Origin: an uncultured Salinarchaeum sp.
GTDB taxonomy: Archaea; Halobacteriota; Halobacteria; Halobacteriales; SKNY01
Direction of reading: 5' to 3'
Length of the DNA: 48,549 nt
NCBI GenBank assembly: GCA_964489365.1
Contig: CAZAYR010000003.1
Coordinates: forward strand, 1-48,549
Shown here: positions 47,128 through 48,549 of the stretch, in pieces
Layout of the letters: each line of letters begins with the position of its first letter
How positions within the stretch are numbered: the first letter of the stretch is position 1
Translations under genes and position numbers: made by a program
Notes under the pieces: model-generated
Database searches by the model: none
The model's input: only the letters and a program-made list of their open reading frames with translations
Told to the model about the DNA's origin: nothing

Positions 47128-47511
47128 TGTCTGTCACGCGCCTTGCGGCGAGATGAGCTTCGACCGTCGGGGTTGCATACCTAACTCGTGGGTATTTGTG
47201 CAGTCGGTACCATCCGCTGTAAGGGCTGGGGTGTTCGGCGGTCGCTGACGATTGTGCTGGTGTTGAGGATATCCCGGCTGGAAACGGGTCGAGTAGAGCG
47301 ATAGCGTCGAATCGACCATCCTAGCATCCTAGGTATCACTTGCTTGCGTTTCGAACGCTTCCCACCGTCCTCCGAAGGGCCAATGGTCCCACGGTTTGGA
47401 AACGTGGTTCCAACGGCTATCGTCAGAACCGGAGAACAAGCAACCTCCATCCTCCCCCATGCGCCGACACAAAGCAGAAAGCGCAGACTCCTCGACCGTG
47501 AGCGGCTGGCA

Positions 47512-48303
47512 TTAGACCATCGAGATCGCGATGTATGCAATCCCGGCGACCCCAGCGATGAAACCGGTCACACGCGCCAACCGCTCACCCCAGCCGACGA
47601 TCCGTTCGAGCGAGAGCACGATCGTGATGATCGCCATCCAGAGAATGTTCATCGAGCCCACGACCACCATGAACGCGAACAGGGCCCAACAGCAGCCGAC
47701 ACAGAAGACGCTGAACGTCCAGCTCATCCGGACGGCCCCGCGAACGCCCGGCTGTTGGTGGCTCATCAAGAACCCGAGTGGCGATCGGCAGTACCGTAGG
47801 CACCGGGATTTGTACGGAGACACCTGATAGCCAGCCAGTAGCAGGAGCGAGCCACCCATCAGGAAACCGGTGTGCTGGTTCGCGATGGTCGCGAGCGGCA
47901 CCACTGCATTGACGAGAAGCGGCACGATTCCCGTCAGCGTCCAAACCAGCGCGAACGTTCCCATGAACGCTCCGACCCGGGCGGCCTTCCCCGGTGTGGT
48001 TGTCCCCTCGATCGTCCTGTAGTACAACCGGAAGAGCGGCACCGACGAGGGATACATCATGGCGATCATCATCACCCCCCACATGAACAGGTAGAGGCCG
48101 GCGCCCGTGAGTCCGTTCGTGATCGCCATCGCTTCCGGCACGCCTGGCTCGGACATCTGCATGTCCGTGCCGCCTCCCGACATTGGGAGCCAGCGGTTGA
48201 TGATCGCGAGCCAGGCGAGCAGGGCGATCACGTAGGTGACCAGCGCGACGACCGGAATGTCATTGAATGGGGACCGTTCCCGGAACGAACCACGGATGTG
48301 CAT
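47512..48303 (-). CDS. DUF2182-family predicted metal-binding integral membrane protein
   Basis: LYLFMWGVMMIAMMYPSSVPL is the DUF2182 hallmark. Multi-pass. Start set at ATG 48303 (MHIRGSF). Confidence 0.72.
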   Translation of the reverse strand: MHIRGSFRERSPFNDIPVVALVTYVIALLAWLAIINRWLPMSGGGTDMQMSEPGVPEAMAITNGLTGAGLYLFMWGVMMIAMMYPSSVPLFRLYYRTIEGTTTPGKAARVGAFMGTFALVWTLTGIVPLLVNAVVPLATIANQHTGFLMGGSLLLLAGYQVSPYKSRCLRYCRSPLGFLMSHQQPGVRGAVRMSWTFSVFCVGCCWALFAFMVVVGSMNILWMAIITIVLSLERIVGWGERLARVTGFIAGVAGIAYIAISMV

Positions 48304-48332
48304 AATATGGGGCACCAGTTGTCCGAAACCGG

Positions 48333-48549
48333 TCAGACGTTCGCGAGTTCGAAATCTCCGAGGAACGAGTTGTTCCCCGAGACGTCCCACGTAAATTCGT
48401 CGTCGTATGACACCGTTGCGGTGGTGGACTTGCCGGTGTTCATCTCCAGGCTACTCGTGAACGGATGTGGGGAAACCTTGCCTTGTTCGCCCAATACACC
48501 CTTCTGTTCGGCAGACTCTACTGCGACCACGTCACCGATCTCGACCGAG
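48333..48549 (-). CDS. C-terminal fragment of a DUF1326-like protein (continues past right edge)
   Basis: The frame is open to the window edge (SVEIGDVVAVESAEQKG...). The listed M is a GTG inside the frame. DUF1326 proteins are the usual partners encoded upstream of DUF2182. The tail pattern F.WD.SG.N.F...F fits my recollection of that family. Confidence 0.45.
   Translation of the reverse strand, partial: SVEIGDVVAVESAEQKGVLGEQGKVSPHPFTSSLEMNTGKSTTATVSYDDEFTWDVSGNNSFLGDFELANV

Noticed and set aside
47317-47413. A tandem CATCCTAG CATCCTAG (47317-47332) plus two small palindromes: GCGTT-TCG-AACGC (47346-47358) and TTGGAA-N6-TTCCAA (47396-47413)
   Set aside because: These are short elements in an intergenic region downstream of the DUF2182 gene. 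Each could arise by chance, and there is no second copy elsewhere in the window. They are noted but not called regulatory.
1-48549. Search for CRISPR arrays, rRNA and tRNA genes
   Set aside because: I saw no regularly spaced 25-40-bp direct repeats, no rRNA-like conserved stretches, and no cloverleaf-compatible GTTCGAATC/GTTCAAATC T-loops outside coding frames. This was a visual scan only, so tRNAscan-SE, Infernal or minced should confirm it.

Overview
This is a high-G+C segment encoding acidic proteins, almost certainly from a haloarchaeal (class Halobacteria) chromosome. Support: an ISH-type IS4-signature transposase, twin-arginine signal peptides, and archaea-specific genes (PolD large subunit, Hef, Hel308, Cgi121, F420 reductase). 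I call about 47 protein genes. I saw no rRNA, tRNA or CRISPR array by eye. The backbone is housekeeping: nfu, panE, gdhA, polD2, a CBS protein, glyS, hef, mdh, HAD hydrolases, ferredoxin, hel308-cgi121, an OYE flavoprotein, npdG, pstSCAB and phoU, an amidohydrolase/Rieske/LLM-oxidoreductase cluster, an AsnB-like + GT2 pair, a DUF1059-OsmC-ArsM operon and a DUF1326/DUF2182 pair. Many long ORFs in the track are antisense shadows or spurious N-terminal extensions typical of GC-rich DNA. I re-set starts where an internal ATG fits the conserved N-terminus. Points worth a second look: (1) PolD DP2 carries two inteins only 29 codons apart that bracket the CDGDED catalytic motif. One is a 180-aa mini-intein ending in Gln. 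The other is a 518-aa Ser1 LAGLIDADG intein with lower G+C in spot counts. (2) An AT-rich island at the left edge holds an orphan protein of at least 348 aa (missing from the ORF track), a small wHTH gene, a possible operator pair and a transposase. (3) A roughly 3.4-kb lower-G+C insertion separates pstSCAB from phoU. It carries a Tat-exported transglutaminase-like protein and a CDP-alcohol-phosphatidyltransferase-like protein with substitutions at motif positions. (4) A tandem HAD paralogue is decayed by multiple frameshifts. (5) An asparagine-synthase-like protein lacks the Cys nucleophile. I found no complete, clearly novel multi-gene system. The best candidate, the left-edge module, is truncated by the window.
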